A stretch of DNA of 64,000 bases, from positions 96,001 through 160,000 of the forward strand of contig JBMNIW010000012.1 of the NCBI GenBank assembly GCA_050951325.1, in the 5' to 3' direction. The position numbers and the translations under genes were made by a program. How positions within the stretch are numbered: position 1 is the first letter of the stretch; every line of letters begins with the position of its first letter. The notes beneath the pieces are model-generated. The model was given only the letters and a program-made list of their open reading frames with translations, was not told the DNA's origin and searched no databases. Origin of the DNA: Clostridia bacterium. GTDB taxonomy: Bacteria; Bacillota; Clostridia; UBA1212; DUPL01. Shown piece by piece: positions 10,523-20,791 of the stretch.

Positions 10523-13500
10523 TTACTTCAATATTTCAACTATTGGTTTTTCAAGGACTCCCATGTCTTTCAGGCTGTACTCATAACTCCAGCTGTCGCC
10601 TGTTGTCCTCCATGCATCAGGACCAAACCACCATGTCTTTTCATTGCAGTTATGCAGTGTTCCAAAAGAGTTGTGGCGGTTTCCGTACAGTACAAGTCCA
10701 AGAACATGCTTTCCTTTCTTCACATTTGGTATTACCAATTCATATGGAGCGTATACAATCTTTCCAGCTTCCTTGGAGTCGAGCAATACCTTGACAAGAG
10801 ATCCTCTGTATTTTGGAATCCTTACTCTTAATGCGCTGTCTTCCTCAAGCTCAATTTCATTATGATAAACAATATTTGCACCATAGAAAGGCATTCCCTG
10901 GTCAGTTATTGTTCCGTAACGCACTTTGTCGCTTCTTTCAGTTATTGTCTTCTTTGTTCCTTCAACAACAACGCCAAAGTCTCCTAAAATATAGCACCAT
11001 TCAACATTTGTGCGCTTTCCAAATGGAATTGAAACTTCAAGGATGTTCGTACCCTTTTTTATCTCAGGCAGCCTTACAGTCTTTATGGCTTCGTCTGTAA
11101 ACCAGCCAACAACCTTGCTCGCAACCTTTTCACCATTGAAAACAATTTCAATCCTTTCAGCATCCTCTATGGCAAGCAGAGGTTCCTTTACAGTTATCTC
11201 ACTGTGTATTGTAAACCTGAGTCTTGCTTTGTGGACAATCTCCTCTTCTTCAACCGTCCAGGGCTGAGGAAATGCGCTTCTTCTAAGCTGCCAGCCGAGT
11301 CTTTCCCTCAGTTTGTTGTCAGCTCTCAATATCTCTTCAGCTTCGTTGTACTCTTCATCATCAAGAGCATACTCGGCAATATCTAGAAGATACACATTAG
11401 GCTCCTCAAGGGTATACGATACATTATCCATGATTTCAACCTTTTCAAGTTTTCCAAGTCTTAAGAGCAAGCTGTCGTAGGAGTGCAGTTTTGCATACAC
11501 AACTGTATTCCCGTTTTCATAGGAGAATTCTGCATCCTTTACCTCTCCATTAATCGTGTCATATACTTTCGGATAATACTCACCCTTGATTACAATCTTG
11601 AGATTTTCAGCCTGAGTATCTTCCTTGTCATTTACATGAACACCTCTTGCTATAAACAGCCACATGCAGTTTTCATCATCACGCAAGTTGTAGAGGTACT
11701 TGTCACTTATTTCATTATCCTTGTAGATGTTTATAATCTTATCTTCACCAAGGACTTCAAGTATCTTCTCCCTTTCGAAAGGAACCTTTATGCTGTCATT
11801 GTAAAGAGCTTCAATTTCATTGGTTGCAGTCGCATCCATGTATTTTGGACACTCTCCAACAAAAACAATCTTGCCGCCCTTTTCCTTGAATGCCTTGAGT
11901 CTTTCATAAGTGGTTCTGCGCATGGTTTCCATTCCAGGAACTATGATTGTATCATATTCCATTTCTCCCACTTTGAGGGGACTGCCAGCTTCCTTGCAAA
12001 GGTCAGGCAAAATAGATTCTGCTATAAAATCAAAGTCTACCTGTCCAAGCAAAAGCCATTTGGTTATATTCTGAAAGTTGTGCTCCAGAGCCCATCTCTT
12101 TTCTGATGTTGTATCTTCCGGACCCAGATGCAGCCAGTAACTCTCAACAGGGTGTACAACTCCAACCTTTACAACCGGCTTGCCACGGGTTAATGCGGTA
12201 TTCAGTCTTGCAAAATGATCCTCTACATAGGAATACTCCTTGTACCATGGTGATTGATAGTTTATTGTTGCTGGATAGTCTCTCTTTGACTCTCCGGCCA
12301 TGGACACCCAGGACAAATGATGAACCCTCACAGTAACGCCCAAGGCCGCCTGCCAGTCTCCCTGGAACTTGTGTCCTCTAAAATCAAAAACCCAGTTCGT
12401 TACACCATAAAGTTCGGAAAGAACTCCTTCTCTTCCATATTGATGTGCAGCAGATTGCGCCTGCTTTGCTGTAGTATATTCAGTTGCATCGCAGAGCATA
12501 TCAATACCTGGCAGCTGGAAGGACCTATAATGTCTCATTGTTTCTCCTATGGCATAGCTTTGAGACAGAAGAGTAGGCTCTTCCATCATGTGGCCTGTCA
12601 GCATTAGATTATTTTCTTCACACCAATCTCCGCACTGATCTGAAAAACACCTTGAAAACAGTTCGGTCGTATAATCACTGTAATGATATTTAACTCTTGA
12701 GACCTTGCCTCCTTCAAGCGACCATATCAGCTCGGGCAGGTAATCAAGGATGTCGTAACCGTACTCTTTTTTGAATCCTTCAATGAGGTGGTGTGTCCAA
12801 GGCAGTACTGTTCTTTCCTTGGCCAATGCCTTTTTCATGTAATGTCTTCTATGAACCTGAGGCTCGTCGGTAAAGATTGCAGGTACACTTTCTCCAAATT
12901 TGTCACCTACCGCCTCTTTGTATGCCTCATAGGTAATATCTATGAATTTCTTCATCGACTCTTTGTCCAGTGTATCTACATATGCCTGGTTATTGAACCA
13001 AGGGTTGTCTCCCCCTATTTCAAGGAATGCATACCATTTGTTGCCTCCTTCTTCGTCCCTTCCTATCCTTGTGTATGATGCGAGTTCACCCCTGTCATTA
13101 AGGACTATATCATAGCTTGCAAAGAAGAATGGCTTTCCCGTTTCAAGACATTCTTCCAATGTTTTTGCATCGTCTTGTTTGTCTTCAGGGTTGAAGGTCA
13201 TAATCTTAACCCTGTGTCTCTTTTCCTTTGTCACAAGACCTCCTGCAAAGCCTGATGGCCATCTGTCTTCATCATATAGCCAGGCAAGCATTTCTTCCTT
13301 TTCTGCTTTTTTGACGCAGAACTTTACAAGGTCCATAAATTCCTCTCCCAGGTACTCGTTTGCCATACCAGTCCTTGAATGCATGTGGAATCCCCCAAGA
13401 CCCATTTCCTTCATATATTCAATCTGTCTGCCCAAAATGTCTTTGTTCAGCTTGCAGTTCCAAGCCCAAAAGGGTGTTCCCCTGTATTCAGCAGTTGGAT

Positions 13501-13552
13501 TTTTAAAAAGTTTTTCATCAAGCTCTTTTGACTTGTTCTTTTTGTAAAGCAT
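10523..13552 (-). CDS. Large glycoside hydrolase, GH106 (alpha-L-rhamnosidase)-like
   Basis: PFWAWN, GGFHMHSRTG, WLYDEDRWPSGFAGG, IFTDEP, PGIDML and SELYG motifs; no signal peptide. Confidence 0.75.
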   Translation of the reverse strand: MLYKKNKSKELDEKLFKNPTAEYRGTPFWAWNCKLNKDILGRQIEYMKEMGLGGFHMHSRTGMANEYLGEEFMDLVKFCVKKAEKEEMLAWLYDEDRWPSGFAGGLVTKEKRHRVKIMTFNPEDKQDDAKTLEECLETGKPFFFASYDIVLNDRGELASYTRIGRDEEGGNKWYAFLEIGGDNPWFNNQAYVDTLDKESMKKFIDITYEAYKEAVGDKFGESVPAIFTDEPQVHRRHYMKKALAKERTVLPWTHHLIEGFKKEYGYDILDYLPELIWSLEGGKVSRVKYHYSDYTTELFSRCFSDQCGDWCEENNLMLTGHMMEEPTLLSQSYAIGETMRHYRSFQLPGIDMLCDATEYTTAKQAQSAAHQYGREGVLSELYGVTNWVFDFRGHKFQGDWQAALGVTVRVHHLSWVSMAGESKRDYPATINYQSPWYKEYSYVEDHFARLNTALTRGKPVVKVGVVHPVESYWLHLGPEDTTSEKRWALEHNFQNITKWLLLGQVDFDFIAESILPDLCKEAGSPLKVGEMEYDTIIVPGMETMRRTTYERLKAFKEKGGKIVFVGECPKYMDATATNEIEALYNDSIKVPFEREKILEVLGEDKIINIYKDNEISDKYLYNLRDDENCMWLFIARGVHVNDKEDTQAENLKIVIKGEYYPKVYDTINGEVKDAEFSYENGNTVVYAKLHSYDSLLLRLGKLEKVEIMDNVSYTLEEPNVYLLDIAEYALDDEEYNEAEEILRADNKLRERLGWQLRRSAFPQPWTVEEEEIVHKARLRFTIHSEITVKEPLLAIEDAERIEIVFNGEKVASKVVGWFTDEAIKTVRLPEIKKGTNILEVSIPFGKRTNVEWCYILGDFGVVVEGTKKTITERSDKVRYGTITDQGMPFYGANIVYHNEIELEEDSALRVRIPKYRGSLVKVLLDSKEAGKIVYAPYELVIPNVKKGKHVLGLVLYGNRHNSFGTLHNCNEKTWWFGPDAWRTTGDSWSYEYSLKDMGVLEKPIVEILK

Positions 13553-13588
13553 TGTTACCCTCCTATCCTTTCCTATGCTGATATTATA

Positions 13589-15076
13589 TCAGAACTTTTC
13601 TATAAATGTACCCCTAAATGCTTCTCTTATGTCGTTTACTTTTCCAGTGACAATATAGTAGGAGTATTCAAACGGCTCAAAGGATTTCATCTCAAAAGTT
13701 CTTAACGGGGCAACATAGTTGGTTGCTGAATTCTTAGGATCCTTGCTTCCATTGTAGCTAAACCTTCCAGCAAGAAGGATTTCCACATTCGGAGTGAAAA
13801 GGCCTATGCCGTAATCGCTTGAATCCACCCATGCACACCAGGTTTCAGTATTTCCCTTTCTTACATTAAAATAAGCATTGGAGTTGCCTCCCCAGAACTC
13901 AAGGTCATGCTTGTATGTCAACGTATCATCCGTCCAGGGCTTTGTTCCGTTGTAGTAAACGAAGGTATCCAGATAACTGATAACGTAAAACGCTGGCAAC
14001 TCCTGATGTCTTGCATTTGCCTTGTATCCGGAAAAGTCAACAAATCGGTTTTTAACAACAATAGCGTTTTCTTCCAGTCTGTACTCATTTTCCATGTAGC
14101 TGAAGGTAGGAGAATTTATATGTCCCCAGTCAAGGGGTCTGCACTTTATGTATATATACTCCTTGTATATTTCAAAGTCCACTATCTTGCTTGAGTTATT
14201 ACCCTTGTCTCCTCCCTGGACCGGGTTGTATGGCCAATCGTTGCCCATAAACTCACCTTTCACATAGGGAGGGTTCATGGTTCCATAGTATGACTGCTGG
14301 ACGAGTCTGCCTGTATCAGCCCGGTTTAGCAGATTATCCAAAGAGCCATCTTTGTTGGTCTTGTCTTTGATATAGTTGATGGCCCCTCCCCACAATAGAT
14401 CTATTCCGACTTTGTGGTAGTCATTTTCCAAATAAACAACCGTCGCCGGCACACTTACAATATCCACTTTGAAATCTACAAGTTTGAAGTTAGCAGAAGA
14501 CCCCTTTATCGAGTTCAGAGCAATCTTCTTTATTTTTGCACCTTTCTGATTGTTGAAAAATCCATCCACCAGTGACGAAAACTCTTTGTTAGTTCCAGGC
14601 TCCAGGAAGAATTCTTCCAAATGCGAGGTTCTACCCAATGAGTAGTGAATATATCCTTTCAGGTAGTCGGTAGATGTGTACTTTATTATGTATTTATTAA
14701 ACTCATGCTCCTCTTTTTCCTCGAGCAGCATTTCAAAGTCTTCACCAATTGTGTACATACCATCCTTCACACCAAGTTCGTTGTTGAATGTGAATACACC
14801 AATATCCACTGCCAAGGTATTATCAATATGTGGAGTTGGAGATGGTGTTGAGGTAGGCTTTGGGGTTGTTTTTTGTGGTGTCTTTGTTGGCTCGGGGGTG
14901 GGGGGTGGCGTTTCTTCAGGAGTTTCCGTTAGCGGAACTTCTGTTACCTTGCTTTCTGTCGGAGTGGGTGTTTCAATAACTGGATCTTGAGTTTTTACTC
15001 CGATATTGTCTCCTATACCACAGGAAGCAGTAAAGATTAGGAATAAAAAAAGTGTGAATATAATTGTCTTTTTCAT
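13589..15076 (-). CDS. Lipoprotein with PT-rich stalk and uncharacterised (probably carbohydrate-active beta-sandwich) domain
   Basis: Lipobox TASC; TPEETPPPTPEPT; DTGRLVQQSYYG and NPVQGG motifs. Confidence 0.7.
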   Translation of the reverse strand: MKKTIIFTLFLFLIFTASCGIGDNIGVKTQDPVIETPTPTESKVTEVPLTETPEETPPPTPEPTKTPQKTTPKPTSTPSPTPHIDNTLAVDIGVFTFNNELGVKDGMYTIGEDFEMLLEEKEEHEFNKYIIKYTSTDYLKGYIHYSLGRTSHLEEFFLEPGTNKEFSSLVDGFFNNQKGAKIKKIALNSIKGSSANFKLVDFKVDIVSVPATVVYLENDYHKVGIDLLWGGAINYIKDKTNKDGSLDNLLNRADTGRLVQQSYYGTMNPPYVKGEFMGNDWPYNPVQGGDKGNNSSKIVDFEIYKEYIYIKCRPLDWGHINSPTFSYMENEYRLEENAIVVKNRFVDFSGYKANARHQELPAFYVISYLDTFVYYNGTKPWTDDTLTYKHDLEFWGGNSNAYFNVRKGNTETWCAWVDSSDYGIGLFTPNVEILLAGRFSYNGSKDPKNSATNYVAPLRTFEMKSFEPFEYSYYIVTGKVNDIREAFRGTFIEKF

Positions 15077-15234
15077 TCATCTTTCTCCTTTGTCAAGGAT
15101 TCGTCTTGCATGGGTATAACGTACCATAATCAAATGTACATTGCAATAAGAATAAGTCGAATAATGTCAATGAAGAAATATAATTACCCATATACAATAT
15201 TTCCTGACTTATCAAGCTGACCTTTTATGATTTA

Positions 15235-15750
15235 TTACTCTTTTATATATGGACCGCTTTGCTTTTCAAACATTATTGCATAAAGACCGTCTTTACGAAT
15301 CAACTCCTTGTGGGTTCCGCTCTCAACAATCACTCCATTTGAGAAAACAATTATTCTGTCAGCAATTTGGGAAGCCGTAAGGCGATGTGAAATAAAGATG
15401 GCGGTTTTGTCATGTACCGCTTTCATATACCCTTCGTAAATCTCACTCTCTGCTTTTATATCAAGACTTGCAGTAGGTTCATCCAGGATAAGTATAGGAG
15501 CATTCTTGTACAACGCTCTTGCCAGAGCAAGTTTTTGCGACTGGCCACCTGTGCACGAAGTTGCTCAGACCAGTTTGGGATAACACTGCTTCTATATCGC
15601 CGTTCTGTTCATCGGCTGTAATATTTTCTTTTATGGTAAACGCAAATATTTTAAAATCCTGGAACACTGCGCTAATTAACTTTTTGTACTCTTCATTTGG
15701 TATGTCCCATATATCGACACCATTTACAGTTATCTTCCCTTTGTCGGTCT
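15235..15750 (-). pseudogene. Remnant of an ABC exporter ATPase C-terminus (5'-truncated, internal deletion/frameshift)
   Basis: GKITVNGVDI..VFQDFKIF Q-loop in one frame; GGQSQKLALARALYKNAPILILDEPTA and ISHRL in another; Walker A and TM domain absent. Confidence 0.8.
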
Positions 15751-15754
15751 GTTA

Positions 15755-16438
15755 TTATTTCTTTTTGTACTCATACTCTTTTTCATTTATAAGGTTGCCG
15801 TTTGAATAAAACTCCTTTTCTCCCACCAGATTTCCCTTAATGTCGTAATAGTAGCGGGTATAAAATATCACATTGTCCTCCGAAACATAGTATTCAGCTT
15901 TTAACACTTTCCCTTTTTCGTCGTTGATGTACTTTGTAAAGGTGGTGACATCACCCAACGTACTTTTTACCATGACAAGAAACCCATTCTCGTCATACTC
16001 ATATTCTTCTACAATGCCAGTGTCTAAAAACTCCATTATTGCCACATCACCATTCTCATTGAGAGTGACATCCACCACTTCTTTCGCTTCACGACCTTCT
16101 TTTAACTCCACAATCTTATAACCGGTCTCATCATAAATCCAGTTGGTAACCCCTTCAATTTGACCATCTTTGTTGAAATTAGTAGACTCAATTTCCCTTC
16201 CCTGCTCGTCGTACCTGATAACATTGTAGAATTCAATCTCATCCTCTTCGTTATACATAGTCTTCTTGACAATGTTCTGCTCGTCATTCTCATACTCATA
16301 GGTGATATAGGATTCTACATTGCAATCCGCATCCAAATTTATTTCCTTTGTCAACAAGTACTCCGTGCTGCTGTTGCAAGCTGCCAACATAAGCAGCGTT
16401 CCCAGTATAATACATACTGTTGTGATTCTCTTTCCCAT
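15755..16438 (-). CDS. Lipoprotein with YD-like (Y-x-Y-D-x-x-G) beta-repeats
   Basis: Lipobox LAAC; RYDEQGR, EYEYDENG and YYYDIKGN repeats. Confidence 0.75.
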   Translation of the reverse strand: MGKRITTVCIILGTLLMLAACNSSTEYLLTKEINLDADCNVESYITYEYENDEQNIVKKTMYNEEDEIEFYNVIRYDEQGREIESTNFNKDGQIEGVTNWIYDETGYKIVELKEGREAKEVVDVTLNENGDVAIMEFLDTGIVEEYEYDENGFLVMVKSTLGDVTTFTKYINDEKGKVLKAEYYVSEDNVIFYTRYYYDIKGNLVGEKEFYSNGNLINEKEYEYKKK

Positions 16439-16450
16439 TTTTTCCTCCCA

Positions 16451-17218
16451 TCAGTTTGCCTTTTTATACTCATACCTTGTAATGCCTATCTGTATGTCAT
16501 ATGGTGAAAACACCTCAATTGCAACGAGGTTTCCATTTTTATCGTAGGTATGCTTCAGGTATCTTGCAAGTTCGCCATTCTGATAATCCTGGCGTTCAAG
16601 CACTCTCCCTTTTGAGTCGTTGATATAAATAGTATATACACCGTAAGCATCATCGTTCTTCACATGGCATTTAATGAGATATCCGCTTTCATCATACTCA
16701 TATTCCTCGATAATTTTTGAGTTTAAACTCGTCACATTCTCAATCTTTAAGGTATCACCCTTGTCATTCAAGATAACTTTTCGTGTAAATTTTATGTTGG
16801 AATCCTCATCATATGTAACCTCTGTATGTCCTGATTCCTCATAGGTATTCACTTTTGTTGAGTATGCAACACCACTTTTATTGTATAGTTTCTTTTCTAT
16901 TTCCCTACCCTTATCATCATATTTGTATACTGCACGGCTTTCCAAAGAGTTTCCAATATGCTTTTCTGAAATGACAAGCTTGTTGTCCTTGTCATACTGA
17001 TATGAGATATAGTGTCTAATATTCCCGTCCTTGTCGCAATCCGACTCCTTAACCAGATTATTCTTTTTGTCGTACTCATAAAGTATGTAATACCTAACGC
17101 TTCCATCTACATCATAGACTGTCTGCTTTGTCATCAAATATTCAATTTCGCCACCGCAGGCTGACAAAGCAAGCAATGATGTCAGCAGTACGAATAATAT
17201 GGATAATCTATTTATCAT
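16451..17218 (-). CDS. Lipoprotein with YD-like repeats (tandem paralogue)
   Basis: Lipobox LSAC; YEYDKKNN, YKYDDKGR and EYEYDESG; shares EYL.TK start and YEYKK end with its neighbour; GGAGG RBS. Confidence 0.75.
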   Translation of the reverse strand: MINRLSILFVLLTSLLALSACGGEIEYLMTKQTVYDVDGSVRYYILYEYDKKNNLVKESDCDKDGNIRHYISYQYDKDNKLVISEKHIGNSLESRAVYKYDDKGREIEKKLYNKSGVAYSTKVNTYEESGHTEVTYDEDSNIKFTRKVILNDKGDTLKIENVTSLNSKIIEEYEYDESGYLIKCHVKNDDAYGVYTIYINDSKGRVLERQDYQNGELARYLKHTYDKNGNLVAIEVFSPYDIQIGITRYEYKKAN

Positions 17219-17390
17219 GACATCCTCCAACTGTGTTTATACGATGATTATACTGTACAGACCATTTTGGGACAACTATACTTTATCCCTATTTTATTAA
17301 CACACCGTGAACAAATCTCACATTTCATATTTTCATAAAGGGTTGTAAACATATCCATACTATGCTAAAATCAGCGCACGAGGTGATTTA

Positions 17391-18512
17391 ATGAAACTTG
17401 ATTTGGATATTGAACAATTTTGGAAAGATGATGAACTGGCCCACAAAGAGAACTGTTTTTCAAAAGAGGCCCCTCAGGTGGCTCTGGGTATTAGAATGAG
17501 TGACGAATGCGTATTTGCAGAGCTAGGAGAGGAAGGCCAGCCTTGGGGACACACTCCTCTCGAAAGAAGAATAGAGCTCAATAAAAGATACAATGAAAAG
17601 GCTTTAAAAATAGTGGGAAGAAAACTGCTGAGAGAAGAGTTTCCTGATCCGAATTCAGCATTACCTCCAGTTAAGGGGATTGGAGAAGTATTTGGAGGAC
17701 AATATGTATTTGACGGGAATACTACATGGCTCAAAAGGACTATAAACACTCCAGAAGAGTTAAAGGAAAGACTCGATATTATCGATAAGATGGATATAAG
17801 GAGTTTTATACTTCCGCAAAACTGGGAAAGCGAAAAGAAGAGAGTCTACGAAACATATGGTAAAAAACCCGGACTTTTCCGTGGTGTAAGAGGTCCGGTT
17901 ACATTGGCTACATCGGTATTTGGTACAGAAAACCTGATATTCCTTATTTACGATGACCCGGATTTGGCAAAAAGATTTTCAGACACAATTACCAGGGTAT
18001 TGTTGGCGTACATAGATATATTTATAGAAGAGGCGGGTTACACACAGGACAATTTCATTCATGGATTTGCATTCAGCGATGATGACTGTTGCCTTCTGAC
18101 ACCTGAAATGTATGAGTTCTTCGCATACCCAATTCTTAAGACGGTGTTTGAGAAAACTGCTCCAAACCCTGAAGACTGGAGATATCAGCATTCAGACTCA
18201 GACATGGGGCATTTGATTCCAATTCTTGCAAGGTTTAACTTAACAGGATGCAATTTTGGACCTACAGTCACAGTAAGGGAAATTAGAAAGCACATGCCCA
18301 ATACCCGCATAGACGGACAACTGTCTCCGTTAACTTTTATGAGAAACGACGAAGAGCAAATAACCAAGGAAGTTTTAAGGGATATTGAGATGGCAAAAGA
18401 AAATGATGCAAGAGGCCTCAACCTCACGACGGCAGGCTCAATTAACAACGGCTCTCTTCTCAGCAGCATGCGCCTTATAATGGCTTTAATTCAGAACTAT
18501 GGCAGATATTAA
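17391..18512 (+). CDS. Uroporphyrinogen decarboxylase (URO-D)-like TIM-barrel protein
   Basis: RGPVTLA..FG.ENLI, FSDDDCCLLTPEMYEFFAYP and HSD motifs typical of the URO-D/MtaA superfamily. Confidence 0.7.
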   Translation: MKLDLDIEQFWKDDELAHKENCFSKEAPQVALGIRMSDECVFAELGEEGQPWGHTPLERRIELNKRYNEKALKIVGRKLLREEFPDPNSALPPVKGIGEVFGGQYVFDGNTTWLKRTINTPEELKERLDIIDKMDIRSFILPQNWESEKKRVYETYGKKPGLFRGVRGPVTLATSVFGTENLIFLIYDDPDLAKRFSDTITRVLLAYIDIFIEEAGYTQDNFIHGFAFSDDDCCLLTPEMYEFFAYPILKTVFEKTAPNPEDWRYQHSDSDMGHLIPILARFNLTGCNFGPTVTVREIRKHMPNTRIDGQLSPLTFMRNDEEQITKEVLRDIEMAKENDARGLNLTTAGSINNGSLLSSMRLIMALIQNYGRY

Positions 18513-18530
18513 GCAATTGGAGAGATATGA

Positions 18531-19064
18531 ATGGAAGTACGTGTATCTACTGTTGTAAATTACAATGAATACAAAACCTTTTTCAGGTTTTCAATGTTCC
18601 GGGGCAAAGGATACAGATTCAAATCTTTTGCTTCAGTTCTAATCATGCTTGCTGCAATAGCAGTATCATTGTCCGGAACCATCTTATACTATAACCCCCT
18701 TATGCTTTTTGCATTTATTTTCTCTCTGTTTATGACCATAACTCTTCTAATTATTTGGTTTTATATGCCGAGATATTCATACATAAATACATTCATAGCA
18801 AAAGGATCCAAGGACGATTTTGTGTTTTTGGATGATATATTCATGGTGAGTTCCGTAACTGAGTATATAAAAAGCCAGACAGAAATCAGCTACAGTCAGG
18901 TTTTTAAAATCTACGAAACCAACAAACACATATACATTTACCTTAGTCCTGGATTTGCTTACATAATCAACAAAAAGACATTTGTTTATCACGCAGACAT
19001 TGCGGAACTTAGAAGTTTTTTTGTATCAAAGATGCCTGATAAGTATATAAACTGTTTGTCATGA
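18531..19064 (+). CDS. YcxB-like membrane protein
   Basis: Two TM helices followed by KIYETNKHIYIY..AYIINK. Confidence 0.65.
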   Translation: MEVRVSTVVNYNEYKTFFRFSMFRGKGYRFKSFASVLIMLAAIAVSLSGTILYYNPLMLFAFIFSLFMTITLLIIWFYMPRYSYINTFIAKGSKDDFVFLDDIFMVSSVTEYIKSQTEISYSQVFKIYETNKHIYIYLSPGFAYIINKKTFVYHADIAELRSFFVSKMPDKYINCLS

Positions 19065-19070
19065 AATATT

Positions 19071-19481
19071 TCATCTTAATGGTACAATCTTACGCCAAAG
19101 AGGAATCTTGAATCTTTGGCGTATTTTTTTTGCATGCAACGTTTCCTTTCTTCTGTATATCTTTGACACCACTCCAACCACATGTTCGGGAAAAACAATG
19201 CCGTCTGTTCTTTTGTACGCATCGCCTTTTGTCACGTATCCAAGGTCAGTTTTTCTGTAGACCCTGCGCAGGACAAATATACCTTCAGCAGGTTCAAGCA
19301 TAACTATGTCTCCGATATCAAGGTCCCTGCCATCGGAGTAAACAAGCTCTATCTTGTCAATTCCTTTTCTGACAAGAGGTTCCATATCACTTGTTATTGC
19401 AGTAAACCTGACACCTTCGCATACTTTCAAAAGGCTTCTAATAGCTGGGAGCAAATCCTTAACAAATATGTCCACAAGCAT
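19071..19481 (-). CDS. S24/S26 peptidase-like protein, probably catalytically degenerate
   Basis: TSDMEP in place of GxSMxP; IGDIVM; VLRRV in place of HR; TKGDA; VVGVV. Confidence 0.7.
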   Translation of the reverse strand: MLVDIFVKDLLPAIRSLLKVCEGVRFTAITSDMEPLVRKGIDKIELVYSDGRDLDIGDIVMLEPAEGIFVLRRVYRKTDLGYVTKGDAYKRTDGIVFPEHVVGVVSKIYRRKETLHAKKIRQRFKIPLWRKIVPLR

Positions 19482-19482
19482 T

Positions 19483-19953
19483 CTAAACCCCTTTTATTAT
19501 TCTCCTTCTAATTCTTGCCACCAAAGTGTAGAGATATAACAGCTGCCTGCGAAAGATTCTAAGCTTTCTCCACATTGTAAAGACCAAACACCAAACAACA
19601 TTATTACAGTCAATGCTTAAATCTCCTCTGTATATTCTCTCAACCCTGCCAATAACATCACAAACAGGGACGCTTCCATCGCTGTAAAGGCAGGCATCCC
19701 CTATTGTATAAACCGTTCCCCCCCTCACCTTATATATTCTATGAAGTATATATTTATTGCATATTCTAAATAAAACTATATCCCCGAGCTTTACCTTGCA
19801 AAATGTACCGAGCAGAACCTTGTCTTTGTTGTGCCGTATAAAAGGCAGCATGCTGTTTCCGGACACAGTGAATTTAACCCTCAAGTTTTGTCTTAGCAAT
19901 TCCTCAACTAGAGGGAACAAATCCTTACACGACACTATTCTCTTATACGTCAT
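19483..19953 (-). CDS. S24/S26 family peptidase (Ser/His type, no N-terminal TM); candidate leader peptidase
   Basis: VSGNSMLPF, LGDIVLF, YILHRI, IGDA and VIGRV motifs. Confidence 0.8.
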   Translation of the reverse strand: MTYKRIVSCKDLFPLVEELLRQNLRVKFTVSGNSMLPFIRHNKDKVLLGTFCKVKLGDIVLFRICNKYILHRIYKVRGGTVYTIGDACLYSDGSVPVCDVIGRVERIYRGDLSIDCNNVVWCLVFTMWRKLRIFRRQLLYLYTLVARIRRRIIKGV

Positions 19954-19967
19954 TGCAGCCTTAACAC

Positions 19968-20786
19968 CTACAAATCAAGTATTGCCTTTTTTAGTGTCTC
20001 AACTGCCGTGTAATCCTTTACGCATTCAAGCTTCAGCATGGGTATGCTCGTTACCATGTCGTCAATATAATCCAGGGCATAGTTCATAAGCTCCACACTC
20101 CACTTTGGAGCAAATACATGTTCAGCAAGGTTTAGAAATGCTTCATAGGGATTTAGTCTTGTTGCCATGTTTCGTTTACTCTTTTCCAGCATGACAAATA
20201 CATCAATCTTTATCTTTCGATTCACAAATTCTCCTGATGTCCCGCACCAAGGCTGACCGAAGGCATGCCATACACCTTCGACTTTACGGCATAATGCTCT
20301 ATCCCCGTTTATGACCAATGCGTTTTCATAATCTCTCCACATTCTTGCATGGGTGGTCTTTCCACCAGCTGACTCCGCACATAGGATGATCCCTTTTCCG
20401 TTCCATTCAAGTACAACACCATGAAACACAACTCCTCCATAAGGAAGAACTGCGTACGAGAAGGGCTTTTTTAGTTCGTAGTATATTACATGGTCGATCC
20501 TGTCATTTTTCTTGCCTGCATAGATGCTCCACTTTCTCCAATCCTTACTTGCACTTAGAACGTTCTGGTTCTTAAGCTCAATTTTGTAACCATCTTCTGT
20601 TACATCAACCACCTTGTCGTCTTCAATAGTAATACAATTATTGTCTAACACAACTTCCAGCTCAAAATCGCTATCTTTCTTGTCACAAACAAAAGATTTG
20701 AACGCAAGGGCATGAGGTGTAAACATATCCAAATCAGCTTTGATGCAATATCCGCCAATGTTTAAATATGTATACTCCACTTCCAT
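19968..20786 (-). CDS. HPr-kinase-like P-loop protein (RiPP-associated kinase type)
   Basis: FHGVVL...GIILCAESAGGKTTHARMW...INGDR...PWCGTSG. Confidence 0.72.
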   Translation of the reverse strand: MEVEYTYLNIGGYCIKADLDMFTPHALAFKSFVCDKKDSDFELEVVLDNNCITIEDDKVVDVTEDGYKIELKNQNVLSASKDWRKWSIYAGKKNDRIDHVIYYELKKPFSYAVLPYGGVVFHGVVLEWNGKGIILCAESAGGKTTHARMWRDYENALVINGDRALCRKVEGVWHAFGQPWCGTSGEFVNRKIKIDVFVMLEKSKRNMATRLNPYEAFLNLAEHVFAPKWSVELMNYALDYIDDMVTSIPMLKLECVKDYTAVETLKKAILDL

Positions 20787-20791
20787 TTCAA

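Noticed and set aside
15755-17218. Rhs/YD polymorphic toxins
   Set aside because: Short lipoproteins with no Rhs core, DPxG cleavage motif or toxin tip.
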